A stretch of DNA of 64,000 bases, from contig NC_086375.1 of NCBI RefSeq assembly GCF_036588685.1, positions 38,130,001-38,194,000 on the forward strand, written 5' to 3'. The notes under the pieces were generated by a model that was not told the DNA's origin, ran no database searches, and saw only the letters and a program-made list of their open reading frames with translations. How positions within the stretch are numbered: position 1 is the stretch's first letter; each line of letters starts with the position of its first letter. A program made the position numbers and the translations under genes. This document shows, piece by piece, positions 1 through 13,437 of this stretch. Origin of the DNA: Mytilus trossulus (taxonomy: Eukaryota).

Positions 1-2224
1 GACGAAAACATAATTCGCAATAAACCATACAACCCCTCAAATGGTTTTTACGTGTAGATAGCTTTGAACTTTCATAGTTCACGAGGGATATGATTTTAAA
101 GGTATCCATTCAGACCTAACGTGGCTGTGTATTTTACCTCCCATAAAGCCAAAATGGAAAGATGCATTTATATGAGTCCTACTGTCGGATGGGAGGAGTC
201 CAGGTAACTATATATCTCCCAATACTCTACTCAACCATTTGATCCCTAAATGTTGATTAGTGATTGATAATTGTTTGCTAAACACAATCGATGGAGAAAT
301 ATGTCATGCATTAAGTACAAGAATACTAGTTTTTTAAAATCTACAAAAATATATAAATATCAAAACAAAGTTGATGGAAGAATTTAGACATATAATGCCA
401 AATTTTACGTATGTGAAGCCTGACAAAACGTATCACGTTTTTATAGTTGTACACTATTTCGTCCATTCATAATCATGGATACATATCTTTTTAAATTTAG
501 GCTTACGTATCTACAAGAGAATACAAAGCATGTATATTAGCGACATAGAAAACCAGAGGAGGTGCAAATGTACTTTATGTATATATACAAAAAGATTTTT
601 TGATAAAAAACCAACATTTGATACCACAGGTTCAGATCTTTTGATTGATTCGCGTTTCTCCGTAATGAGATACAAGGAAATACATATTAAATATCAAAGA
701 ATTTTAATTTTTAATAGTTAGACATTTGCAAAGTTGTTTTAAACTTAGCATTTTCTAGACAAAGTCTCAATACTTTGGAATATAATACGTGATAACTAAA
801 TGTTTACTTGTCATGGGTATCACGACGGCACCAACTGTTGTGCTTACCCTTCCGGAGAACCCAAGCCGTTTTATCATTTTTTTGGCGTAGTTTGCGTTGC
901 TCAGTCGTTAGTGTTCTGTGTAATGTTTTGAAAATTAGTGCCTGTTTCTGTGTCTAGCGTTTTTCTTTTTGTCTTGTCTGTTTTTCTTCGACTAAATACA
1001 GGTTTTGCCTGTGTCTTGATTACTGCTCTACTGTTTGTTTCACACGCACACACATGCACACGCGCACACACAATCTTATCAACGTGCTTAAAATGGCATT
1101 AAACTAAAACGGAATCTAATATTACCCTTTAAAATGCACAATATTAAAGACCACACAAACGATGGGAAAAAATAATTTAAGCAAGAAAAAAACGAAAATA
1201 TGTTTATAAAGCATATCTTTCTGACATTTTATGATTGTTATTGAATCGTGTATGAATAGTTTTTCTGATGTTATGTTCTCTTATATATTTTGTGAGAAAT
1301 CAGATTGATTAGTTTAGAAAGGTCTGAATATTAAGTCTTATTATTTGGTGTAATGGAGCGGACAAATTACAGATTTCTAAGTTATAAATGACATCTTATT
1401 TGATCTACACCTTTGTTTTTATGATGTGTATTGTTGACAATAATACATGTTTGCTCATAAAAACTGTCCTAGGTAAAATATCAAAGTTTTCACCTGTCGT
1501 AGTTTGACGGTTTCATTTTCCTCGATCAACGGAGTTCCCATACATGACACAGAAGACAAAAAAAATCAACATATGATTAATGATTATTGATAGTCTTAAA
1601 TTTGTCATAAAAGATTAATTTAAATAAGAAATCGTGAGCATTACGGAACTAGTTTTTTCTCACCTTTAAGCAATTGTGGGACTGACAAGCTGACTATAAA
1701 CGGACTATATCAGTCGTTGCATTTTCACAAAAAGCAGACAAATACTCTTACGAATTCTATGAACAGCAATTGTGGCTTTGGGCCCTGTTTATTCATAAAT
1801 CAATGGGCGAATCGAAGATCGTTTGTTTTAAGTCAGTTTAGTTGCTAAGCTTTGTAAACCTTAAAAGCATGCGTAATTAAGATGCTTTAAGCCAATCAAT
1901 TTGTCCAGATGTGCATAGAATTCAGTTTTATGATTCAGACATTTGTCATATTATTTCATAACTAGACTTTATATATATAGAGCTAATGTCATTTTGACCT
2001 ACAGACTTGTTGGAACAATATAGAGACGCAATGAAGATTTGCATGATTAATCAATATCGTGTAGAATGAAAATTGTGTTGCTTATTGATAAAGATTTAGA
2101 TTGCTGATGGAAAAGCTCGGCTTGATTTAGATAAATCAAATCGCTATTTGTTTATAAAGCAGTATAATCATTTGTTGTTGGTATAGTTTTGAGTTGATCG
2201 ATTTGCTTGGTTTGTCAATGGTGT

Positions 2225-2730
2225 GGCTTGGTTTGTTGATAGAACATTGTAGTTTTCTGTTAAACTGTTGTTCGGTTTGTTGATTCCGGTTTTTTTTTAT
2301 TGTTTATAGAACATTTGTGTTTGTTGCTCTGTTTGGTGATAAAACATCGTATAGTTTGAATGTACCTTTGTTCGTTTGTTGATAGCACATTGTAGTTTGA
2401 TGGTACCGTTGTTCTTTTGTTAAAAGAACATTGTAGTTTGATGGTACCGTTGTTCTTTTGTTAAAAGAACATTGTAGTTTGATGGTACTGTTGATTGCTT
2501 GTTAAAAGAACATTGTAGTTTGATGGTACTGTTGTTCGTTTGTTGATAGAATATGGTAGTTTGATGGTCCTGTTGTTTGTTTGTTAAAAGAACATTGTAG
2601 TTTGATGGTACTGTTGATTGCTTGTTAAAAGAACATTGTAGTTTGATGGTATCGTTGCATGGTTTGATGATAGAAAATTGTAGTTTGATGGTATCGTTGC
2701 ATGGTTTGATGATAGAACATTGTAGTTTGT
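2225..2730. repeat. 41-bp minisatellite, ~12 copies
   Basis: Unit TTAAAAGAACATTGTAGTTTGATGGTACCGTTGTTCTTTTG at 2420, 2461, 2502 and onward; degenerates toward the left. Confidence 0.9.
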
Positions 2731-5142
2731 CGTTTTCCAGTATTTCTACGAAAATTGATATATGTATATATTCAAAATCTATTTCATTATCAAAGTTATA
2801 ATTACGGTTTGTCATTGTTAAAAAAAATCACATATTTTGAGAAACATTTTTTGTGCTATGATTTTAACGAAAAGTATGATATGCTGTGATCACCGGTGTC
2901 TGAAATTATCATTTGACCACTCTTTTCGACTGTTAGGAGGAGCATACTTGAGGAAAATGACAAAAACATATATAGTCTAGGAAAGAGCCAATTTCTTCTT
3001 TAATTTTCATATTTATTTTTCTTTTTTTTTTGGGGGGGGGAGGGATGCCCCCTACTCTTGTCCTTTCCTATTTTTCAATGCCGCAGAAACTGCTCAGATA
3101 GTTTGAAATCCTCATACACATTATAAGAACAAACACTTTGCTAACCGTATTGATTGCATATGCAAAAGGAGATAAAAAAAAATGACATAACATTAATCAA
3201 ATCAATTATTAGAAATATGAAATAATACAATTACGATTTGATTGAGGTCTATGTACTCTTCATATTTCGTGAATTGCTATAATTTGGGTTTGACGAGAAT
3301 GTATTAATTGTCGAAGAAGATTTAATTATGGAGGAAATCCGTCTTTTGTTGCTGGTTACAATAGAATAACCGATTCTCAAATGACACATGTGATTACAAA
3401 AATTATAAAAATATGTGCGTCATTTAAAATTATTGAACCACTTTGACGTTCTGACAAAGATAAGTCGAAAATATAAATATTAAATACCGCATCGAAAAAT
3501 CAACTTCCCATTGTGGTAGCAATAACTGAGAATACATATCATCGTGGTTGGCCATTGTTTGAAATATAAAACTCTGTCAAAGAGGTAACATGCACTTCTA
3601 AACCACAATCCAGTGACATTTCGGTCAGTTTTGATATAATTACATCACATCGCAAGTCATAATACTTATAACTTTTAAATTTCTATATCCAGATTTTTTT
3701 TCTAACAATCAAATACTTTTTATATTTAATCGAAGTTGATATCAAGAGATATGTCTCAAATTGTTGAGTTTATTTTAGTACGATTGAAGGAACGACTTAT
3801 AAAAGAGATCCAATGGAATTTGTCGTGATACAATAAAATATTGTAAACAATTTCGGAAACCTTGGAGAACATCAATTATTGATACTCGCCAAGATAAGCT
3901 TCAAAGGATAGATATGGACGGACGGACGAATGAATGAACGAAGGATCGCAATCAGATGGACGGACAAAGACTCATGTTTCTCTTAATAAATTTATTCTTA
4001 TTACACTTTAATACCAAGGTATGGTATACCATAAACCACGAATATTAAAAAAAAAACCAGCTTGAAGTTTTTTCTTTAAATTAAGGGGTATCCCCTGTCC
4101 CGCCCCCCCTTTCCTCCCTGAATCTGCCACTGGACCATTTATTATCATTTTCAGTGTTTCTTCATTCGTATGTATTGTTTTATACTTGGGTATACTTGTC
4201 ATCTTAAATTTAAAACAGTAGCTCCGTTGCTACAATCACTTCGGTAAACGAATTGGGTTTTTTTTCACATCCTCAGCGTCATATGAAATTTTGTGGCTTC
4301 TTTTTCAGTAAAATTCCTTCTGTTGGGTGAACACCCAGGGGTTTTTTACGCGTCATACGGATTTCGTTTGGTTACCGGATTTCGTGTGGCTACTTTTCCA
4401 TTAAAAGTTTATGATGTTCATATTTATCATGTCCAGAACAATAATCTACAGTAAACAGATGAGGGATGTGATGACTCAAAAGGAAAAAATAAATCTTGTA
4501 AATGTGTGAACCGCAGTCTAACAGGTGTTATAATTATAACAAGTGAGTCACAGACAGGTAACATCTAACAGTAGGGGGGTGACAACTTATAGCTGGGACT
4601 ATTGTTTGTTTCAAGACTTCAGTGACAGGAAGATATTTAAAAAACGATGTATGGGGTCTTCTTTGCTCGTTTTGTAAGAATAGTTGCAGTTTTTATTGTC
4701 ACCAATATGGTGCTCTACCATTCTTTAAAATTTATTCAATGTGTAAATCAAACTTTTGATCCTTCAATTAAATTATATTTTTTGTAACTTCTTGTTTAAT
4801 TGTTTAAATTGTTATATTTAACCCGATTATTTAGAATAAATGGCCCGATTTAACCTTGTAAATGAAACCCCAGCACCGCCAAATTATTGTAAATACAACG
4901 GAATAAAGTCATAGATATATGGCTAATTTTTTGAAGTACATACATTAACTTATGTATATCCCGGTAACAAATGATTTATTTGTTGATAGACATGTAATGA
5001 GATGCTCCCCTGCTGATTTTATATTTACATGTAATTTCTATAAGTGCATTACAAGTTTTAAATTTATATTATTATGTAACATTTTCCTTGTTTAGACACA
5101 CTAATTACTTTTAAGGTTTCCTTGAAAACTGCACTTACTTAC

Positions 5143-5196
5143 ATGGTAAGACGGGGAACCGGTTGGTGGGGCTAAACAGGGGGGAAATTGTCCCAT
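5143..5196 (-). CDS. Candidate first coding exon (MGQFPPCLAPPTGSPSYH) of a gene running toward the left edge
   Basis: caaaATGG start context and phase-0 donor CAT|gtaagtaag in a locally GC-richer stretch. No downstream exon identified. Confidence 0.25.
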
Positions 5197-8172
5197 TTTG
5201 ATGCGTAAGAGCATCAAAGGGGTCGGGGGACTCTATTGGTGCATGGTGAATACAGAACAAGTGTAAACATGGAGTAAATGCTGTTAAATATGTTAGCCCT
5301 TCACTAAAATCAGTGCAACTAACAGCCAAAAACACTCTTGTCACAGTGGTGGATCATGCAGAGGCATTGAGCAAACTTCTCCTGTTATGTCATTAAATAA
5401 ACGGAGTGTTTATTCGTCCGGCTAGCCGGACGAATAGTTAAAAATCTCTATTTGTCCGGCCATTCCGTCTGCGGATGCGCAAATATACAATATCAATAAA
5501 AGTGTCATGTGACGTGGAAAGTGTCCCGGATGCGGTCCCGGATGCGGATTACACACGCGGTGTCGGATAACACACGCGCGTATGCAATGGACGTTTTGTG
5601 AATTGGAGATCGTGATTTATATTTAAAGATGTTATAGAGAAAAGCAGAGAATTCATACTTAAATAAAAGTATTCCTCCAAGACAAAATCAAGAGTTGTTG
5701 CATGATTGCGAATTGGACACCTATATCCACTAAAGGCAAAAAGTTCAAAGATGAAAATACATTACCATACGGCCTTCGATAAAGCGGAAACCCATACGAT
5801 ATAGACAGCTACAAAAGACCCAGAAAACATAATCTACTAGTAATTATATAGATCTCTGATTTCGTTATACTACGTTATACTCATATGTAATATAGCGTAG
5901 TATAACGAAAATAGAGATTTATATTTTAATTAGACTAAAGACAAGACGACGATGTTTCATTTTGTTAAGAGTTTTTCACATACAATTTATTGACAAGACA
6001 AAAAAAAAATACCATGGACAAGACACAACTTTTAAGCTCACGAGGTCTCCGCCAAGATGTTATGTTTTGTATCAGACTCACACGCTGAGTAATTGTTTTT
6101 ATTAGATAGCTAACAAGGAAATGTTCATATATAGAGAGAGAAACTTAACTATATTCGGACAACCAAGGAGGTTATATAACCACCTCCTTGGAACAACTTA
6201 TTCTGTCTCCGACCTGACAAATACTGATCTCACACCTACTAGTATACATTTTTTTAGTCTTTATGTTTTAACCCAGTCGGGGATCGAACCAACGACCTCC
6301 AGCAGCCGCAGTCGAGACAAGCACCCTTCTACGAGAACAATGAAGCGTTCATCATTACAGACACACACCTTAATAAGATGTACAGTTACTGTTAACTATT
6401 GTAAGAGATGTATTGTTTTTCATGGTCCCGTAAGGACACAAGAGTCAGCGTAGTCCCCACGAAGTTTACATACAGACCTCCAGCGGAGATGTGTAAAACC
6501 CTTCTTGTACTGCTACCTACACAGTGTGAATTTATGATGATTGGGTTTGTAACAGTTAACCCTTTATTTAGGGGTGATTTATACGACAATACAGTATATA
6601 AAACCAAGCCATTTGAATACGAAACTATTTCACAGGTTACCCGGTGATGTGAAATATCTATATATATAGGGGCTACTCGGTACTCTTAGCTTGTGGTGCG
6701 GAAAAGAATATCTCGAACACTGTTTAAAAACAGTTAGAGGTTTTATTAGGCATTTTAGTATATTGAAGATTTTCATTGTAAAATGAGAGTTTTAAAGATA
6801 ACATCAATTTTACCATTTAGTGAAAAATTAATTTAAGGTGCTTTAAAAACATATAAATACTTTTTAAACAGTAATAAAAATTGTTTGCGGCTTCTTATTT
6901 CCAGGTGAATGGGGTACAAAGATATTAGTATTATTATTCACTGTGAAAATTAAACGACCATTTTTATTTAAAAATTACAAAGAGATTAAAGTCGTTTTCA
7001 GTTTGAATTGGATTTATTAAAATATTTTGCATTCGAAATGGTGTGCAACACGGTGGTTTATTAAACCTTTTACGTCATTCAATTTCACAGACTGATTAAA
7101 CCATCTTGCATCGAAATTGGAGAATTTTTTGTTATTGTTCGTTGACATGTTTCGTCTTTGGTGGTACGCAACGAAAGTTATTTCATGAAACTTTCATTCA
7201 AGGTTCACACTATTGACTTTTCAATCAGGATGTAGAAAATAAAGACATGAATTATCAGATGTTGAATGTCGTGTATCTTTTAAATCTTGTACAATTTGGT
7301 TTTCCCAAACTTTGATGATTTGTTTGTGACAAACTGATCTCGTGATCTGTATTGTTCTGATATATTGTTTATTACTGTTTTGTATTTTGTTGATGTTCTA
7401 AGATATTGTTTATTGCTGTTATGTATTTATATAAAAAAAGGTCATTGGTCTTTTTTGTTGCTTTTCGTCAAGTCACATGGTCACAACGTAAATCTATGGT
7501 TGTCCGTCAAGAAGAAAACTGACGCACACAGTGACACTAACAAAAACACGTCAATACTAGACTAAACATACGTTGTTCTTGATTAAAATTTCATCTTGAA
7601 AACTTAAAATTAGTATATTTTATGCCAAATTTAAGGAGTACATTTGACTTAAATGATATAAATATTCCCGTAAAGATCATATAATTTTTACACTCGAAAG
7701 AATTTCTGCTATTTTGTTGATGTTCTGAGATATGGTTTATTGCTGCTATGTATTCATATAAAAAAGGTCATTGTTTTTTTAATTATCTTTGCGTCAATGA
7801 CCTATACTAGTTAGTCATGAAGAATACGCACACAGAAATAAAAATACACCAAAATTAAATTGAGCATACTGAATTTTCCTTCCTTTCATTCAAACGAATT
7901 TCTGGTAATATTTTTCGCGATTTCTTAATTTTTTTTTCATTGTTGAAGGTCATTTCGTAACATATAGTTGCGAACTTCTTTATATAAACGTCATTTTGTA
8001 TTTGGTGGAGAAATGTCTCGGATACTCCGTAACCAATGTAAAAATGCTTGAAGTATCCAGGGTGGGACGTTAGGGAGGGACGCTGACGTGTACTGAGTAG
8101 TAGGAATGTGCCACTAATTTTCGGAAAAATTTACAATTGCGAGAATTTAGATTTAAATATATGATAAGGTTC

Positions 8173-8321
8173 GTGGGCGGATCCAGTCATTTTAAAAAGG
8201 GGGGGTCCCAACGCAGAGTAAAGGGGGGTTCCAACTATATGCTCCCATTCAAATGCATTGATCGTCCAAAAAAGGGGGGGGGGGGTTCCAACCCCCTGAA
8301 CCCTTCCTGGATCCGCCAATG
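8173..8321. mobile_element. Short G-run-rich hAT-like MITE (GGCGGATCC...GGATCCGCC); relatives at ~16648-16781, ~37467-37600 and ~4050-4132
   Basis: Terminal IR GGCGGATCCAG/CTGGATCCGCC with poly-G/C runs inside. Confidence 0.6.
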
Positions 8322-11300
8322 AGGTTGCTAATCATATACTTAGTATCCGAAAATTCTGATTCAGATATGAATCTTTTAAAAGATCTGACTAATCCAGTCA
8401 TCAGATATTTGTTTAATCTATTTATAATTTCTACGAAATAGTGTAATGTAGCTACAGGTCTATTCATGGAAGTAATAATACTTCCATGGTCTATTCAAGT
8501 TTGTTAAAAATGTATCATAGGGTTTCATTTGCAGTTTTAAATATTTTGTAGGAAGGTCTCAGCTGCTCAGTGCACACCTAATACAAAAGGACACCCCTCT
8601 CCCTGTGCATAGTTTTGTGAAAACAGGAGTACTATAATCTCAGGATTTTAAATAGTAACTAAGATGATCAAATCCTTCAAGCTGTAATCCATTTCACTCT
8701 ACTGTGGTTATTAGTGAATTAAGTGATATGAATTGACCTGAACTAATAAGGTTGTTCTAAAGGAGTATCAACGTAATTTTATAATGACCCGAACTAATAA
8801 GGCCAAGTACACCTCTGTAACAGCTCGTGTTAGGAACCGACCCATCCCCATACGATCTTTACCCATTCAGATTAAACATTGTTTATGCAATTAACAAGAG
8901 ATTATACATATGTTTTTGTAAACAACCATGACCTCACACGGTTAAAGACGAACAAAATTAAACGTCTTTTCAAATACTTATATATACTTTCCAGTGGCAG
9001 TCTTTTGTCGGCACATACATTAAATCTCCGAATATGATACAACTTATTTTATGAATGATTTCTATTATATTCACCTGAAGGCATTTTTAAAATATAATAT
9101 TTCCGTTAACCGAATTTTCAAATACATTTTAAATTTTAAAATACACAAGCATATATATAAAGTCACTTGTTTACCAGGTGCTTATATGGAAAAAAAATAT
9201 CTGATGGGAAACTCAGCTGCATATATCAAGAAAAGTATATGTAATAATACAACTGTTATTAAATTTTTGGTCTATGACGTAAGTGCTTGGGATTCATATC
9301 ACATTGTACCATGCATACATAGGTGCATAAATAAACGTACTAACAAGTCCAACCTTCGGGTTGATAGTGAAAAAAGATATGTAACATTCAATATTATAAA
9401 AGCTTATGTGTCGAACCTTAAATTCGACTTACACTCAGCGTTCTAGCTTTCATAAGAGAGAAACTGTACTCTTCAAATCCCGAACAGCGCTAAAGTACCT
9501 TTTCCATGCAGGATCTTCACATTTAAAAAGTCCCTTTGACCAAAGCCAATAATAAATTAAAAAATCATGTATCTTAGACTAAAATATCAATCATTTCGTA
9601 TCCAACATCCTATTGATTTAATTTATGTCCCATTATAATGCATGCTCAGTACTTTCGTCTCTTTCTAATGTCTGATCAGCTCTTATGTTTCCTGTTAAGG
9701 CCCGACCAGCACTGATGTTTCTTTATAATGCCTGATCGGCATTTTTGTCCCCGTATAATGCCTGATCAGCACTTGTCTTATGTCCCTTTCTAATGTCCGT
9801 TACTTAATCAGCAGTGAAGCACCCCTTTCTGACGATTGATCTAATTTTCAGGTAGTTAACTTTCCTTTCGGGAGTACAAATATATGCCAAAAGGGTTGAG
9901 TTTATATCATATACGAAGGAATGCTTACTTAAACGTTTATTTCTATTGTTCAGTGCTTATAAGTGTGTTCTTGTCTGATATATTAATCGGTTACGCTGAC
10001 CACATGTCATATACCGTATCCGAATTTCAAGAGTAATGAGGCCATTAGCTGGCTTTGGAATAATTTGACCCCGATATATCCATGATACATTCAGAATTAA
10101 ATCGGCTTCTGTATTCGAATTTATAGGCTCTGTGCATATCTTCAATAGCAAATATAATATATGAAAATTACAACTAACGCTAAACTCTTTAAACTTGTTG
10201 AAAATGCGTCCTTTTTCAATTTCTCTGGGCTCATAAAGTTTTGAAAGGTGCTATTTTCAGTACACAGTATATGAAAATCGAAATTCCCGATTCGGTTCAC
10301 GATATATAGTTTACAAGCAACAATTTCAATTATTGAATACATAAACAATATAAGCAACTAACATATAATACATGATACATTATACAGCATAATATAATCT
10401 GACAGATATTGCAATATATAAATAAACATATTAATAAGTACAGTTAAGCGATGCAGCCCGGGTTCACATCATAATTAATATCATTAAAGATGTATACTGT
10501 TAAATAACTTATCTTTATATATAAAAGCGTGGTGAGGTTGAGAGTCGGTTGGTATAGGAGACAGTGCATTAGAACCTGTTTGCACTTCTCGTCGTCTCTA
10601 AATTGAAAATGACAAACTTCTTTTCCCCCCCTTTTTATAACATCATTCTTATAGCTGATAAATAGTTGTGCATTTGCAGCGGGAGACACAAAAGGGCGAT
10701 GGTTCTAGGTGCACTGTTGCAGCATAATAATTATACTACACATACTTCAACAGTAATCTTCCTTGTAAACAAAAAAATAACCATTATAATGTATAAAACA
10801 ATATAATTGAATAGTGGAACAAAACGAAATCGTTGCAAACTACAATCTAATTAATAAATTAACGACAGCATTTAAATAATCTAGAGCATTTTAATGACAA
10901 AAATAAGAAGATGTGGTGTGACTGCCAATTGGGCATCTATCCTATAGAGTCAAAAGGAAGAGAATTTAAACAGCTATATATGTAGGTCACCCATAGCCGT
11001 GAGAGACATAAAATATATACATGTATTATATGTCTCTACTCATAATAATATAAAGATTTATTTTATGCAACGTTTTATAATATCTTCTCAACTTGGCCAT
11101 ATTTCAATTTGGCAAACAATATTTGCATTCCTATATGTCATTTCCATACATATAAATGAAAGTTAAAACTACATATATCCTTCACATAGTTTTGACACTA
11201 CTTTTTCCAATAAATGGTACGGAACTATGTTCGCTCTTCTTATATTTCCATACAAAATCATATTTGACTATATGGAATTACACTGGTGTATGAATATCAG

Positions 11301-12657
11301 ACCCCCTATAGTAGCTACGAATGAATGACTATACCTAGGCCTAAGTTCGTCAACTGTATTATTAAATTATAAATGTTATAAATGTTTTCCTATATCCATT
11401 ACCGCTGACATCTGGGCTAATCGATCTTCTAAAAAGCCGTAAAATTGATGTTTACCCAAAATAAAATCAGTTTACATTTGGTGAATAAATATTTGATAAA
11501 TAAGGGAAAAAATAACACAAAAAGCAAGCAGGAACTATTCAATCATTTATCAACATTTTGACGAAATCCAACAACTGATTATTTTTGTTTTGCTTTTAAA
11601 CTGTCCAAACCAATAATTTATGTTAAAAGGAAGTGTTTGCGCGTATATTAGTTTATTGTGTTGTTAACATTAAATAATTTGGAACGAAAAAGGTATGAGA
11701 GGGTCCCGTTTTGCCTACTGGTTAATTGAATTGTTAAAAATAGTGACATTTAAGTCTTAGATACCGGAGTCCGGCTTCATAAGCTGTGACTTTAATACAG
11801 TTTACAATTTTTATCTTAGGAAAAGGGGAGGGTAATACAGTGTACATATTTTTATTAGGAGGGGTAAGGGATGTCGCGCTCCTCATATAGTGACATCAAT
11901 ACCAACATTCTTACAATAGTTGTTAATTTCTGTGTCATTTTGGTCTCTTGTGGAGAGTTGTCTCATTGGCAATCATACCACATCTTCTTCTATTTTATAC
12001 ATAAAAGGAAACGTAAGCTCTGGTATATCATATTATCTACTGGCATGGGAGATAAATAATCCACATTTGCGGGTGCTTATTAAATTTTTCTGTTCAATAT
12101 CGGATGTTGGAAAACATCATGTCACAAAGCTAGCGACCGTCATTTTCAATTTCTAGAGGTAAGTCTAGATATGAGAGGGACTAAACACTCTATAATTATG
12201 TCAAGCTGGATTGGATAGATGCAATACTTTTAAATTGATTTATTATGAGAACATCATCTATATAGCAGAACTAGGATAATTCTAGCTTATTCAAATTCTT
12301 CCAAGATGCTCCTGTATGAAGTCTGTCTTATATATTAAACGCGGGAGTCGAAAAAGAGGGGCGCAGTTGGATCGTCGATTGTTTGTTGAAACACATGATC
12401 TGCAAAAGTTACAATAATCTTGTCTGTTATATTTTTGTGATGCCAGTTCATAGATGTTTTGTTTTCGTTTTAATCAATTGTGCTTTTGAACAAAGTATTC
12501 TGTCCTTTGACTTGAAATTAGATCAATGACGTATTGTTATTTTCATCTTGGTATTGGTTTAAGAAAAGAAAAAAAAAATCTTATAAATCTTCAGATTGTG
12601 AAAACGATGAATACCGATGTTTTGGTTTTTTTTTTTGTGCTTTTTCAGTCTTCAGCC

Positions 12658-13437
12658 TTTTTGTCGAGCCTGCAACTTTTGTTGCAGAAAGCTCGACATA
12701 GAGATAGTGATCCAGCGGCGGTGGCGGTGGCGTTAGCTAACTTATTAAAAGCTATATATTTTAGAAGGTGGAAGACCTGGATGCTTCATACTTTGTATAT
12801 TGATGCCTCATGTTACGAACTTTCCGTCAGTCACATGTCCTTGACCTCATTTTCATGGTTCAGTGACTACTTGAAAAAAGAAGTTAATATTTTTTGTAAT
12901 GTTAAATTCACTCTTATTATAAGTAATTGGATAACTATATTTGGTATGTGTGTACCTTGCAAGGTCCCATGCCTGTCAGACAGTTTTCACTTGACCTCGA
13001 ACTCATTTCATGGATCAGTGAACAAGGTTTAGTTTGAGGTTTTGGTCTATTTTTCGAAAACTATATGCAATAGGTCAACTATATTTGGTGTATGGAAATA
13101 TTTTATTATCTGTATGTCAGTCGTGCAGGTTTTATTTGACCTTGACCTCATTTTCACGGTTTATTGCTAAACTGTTACTGAGTATTTGTGTCTTAGTCTG
13201 TTTTTCTCAATTTATAAGCAATAGGTCAACTATATTTGTTGTATGGAAGAATTGTTAGCTGTACATGTCTGCCTGGCATGGTTCATCTGACCTTGACCTC
13301 ATTTTCATGGTTCGTTGATCAATGTTTAGTTTTCTTGGTTAATGTTGAGTTTATGTGACAGTTTTATAATTAGGACTATCAACATTATATCAATGATTAG
13401 TAAAGGAGGCGAGACATCTCTGCGTGTGCACTTTTGT
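12658..13437 (+). mobile_element. Helentron/HINE-like non-autonomous element with internal ~150-bp tandem repeats
   Basis: 5' hairpin TGTCGAGC-CTGCAAC..GTTGCAG-GCTCGACA followed by a (GCG/GTG)n microsatellite. A TGACCTC-containing core recurs at ~12842, 12992, 13143 and 13294. T-rich insertion context. Confidence 0.7.

Noticed and set aside
2420-2815. 131-aa ORF
   Set aside because: Translation of the 41-bp minisatellite.
7360-7800. Local ~326-bp-spaced duplication (similar ones at 9640-9810, 14805-14900, 27460-27830, 31320-31410, 54680-55010)
   Set aside because: Ordinary decayed local duplications with no further structure.
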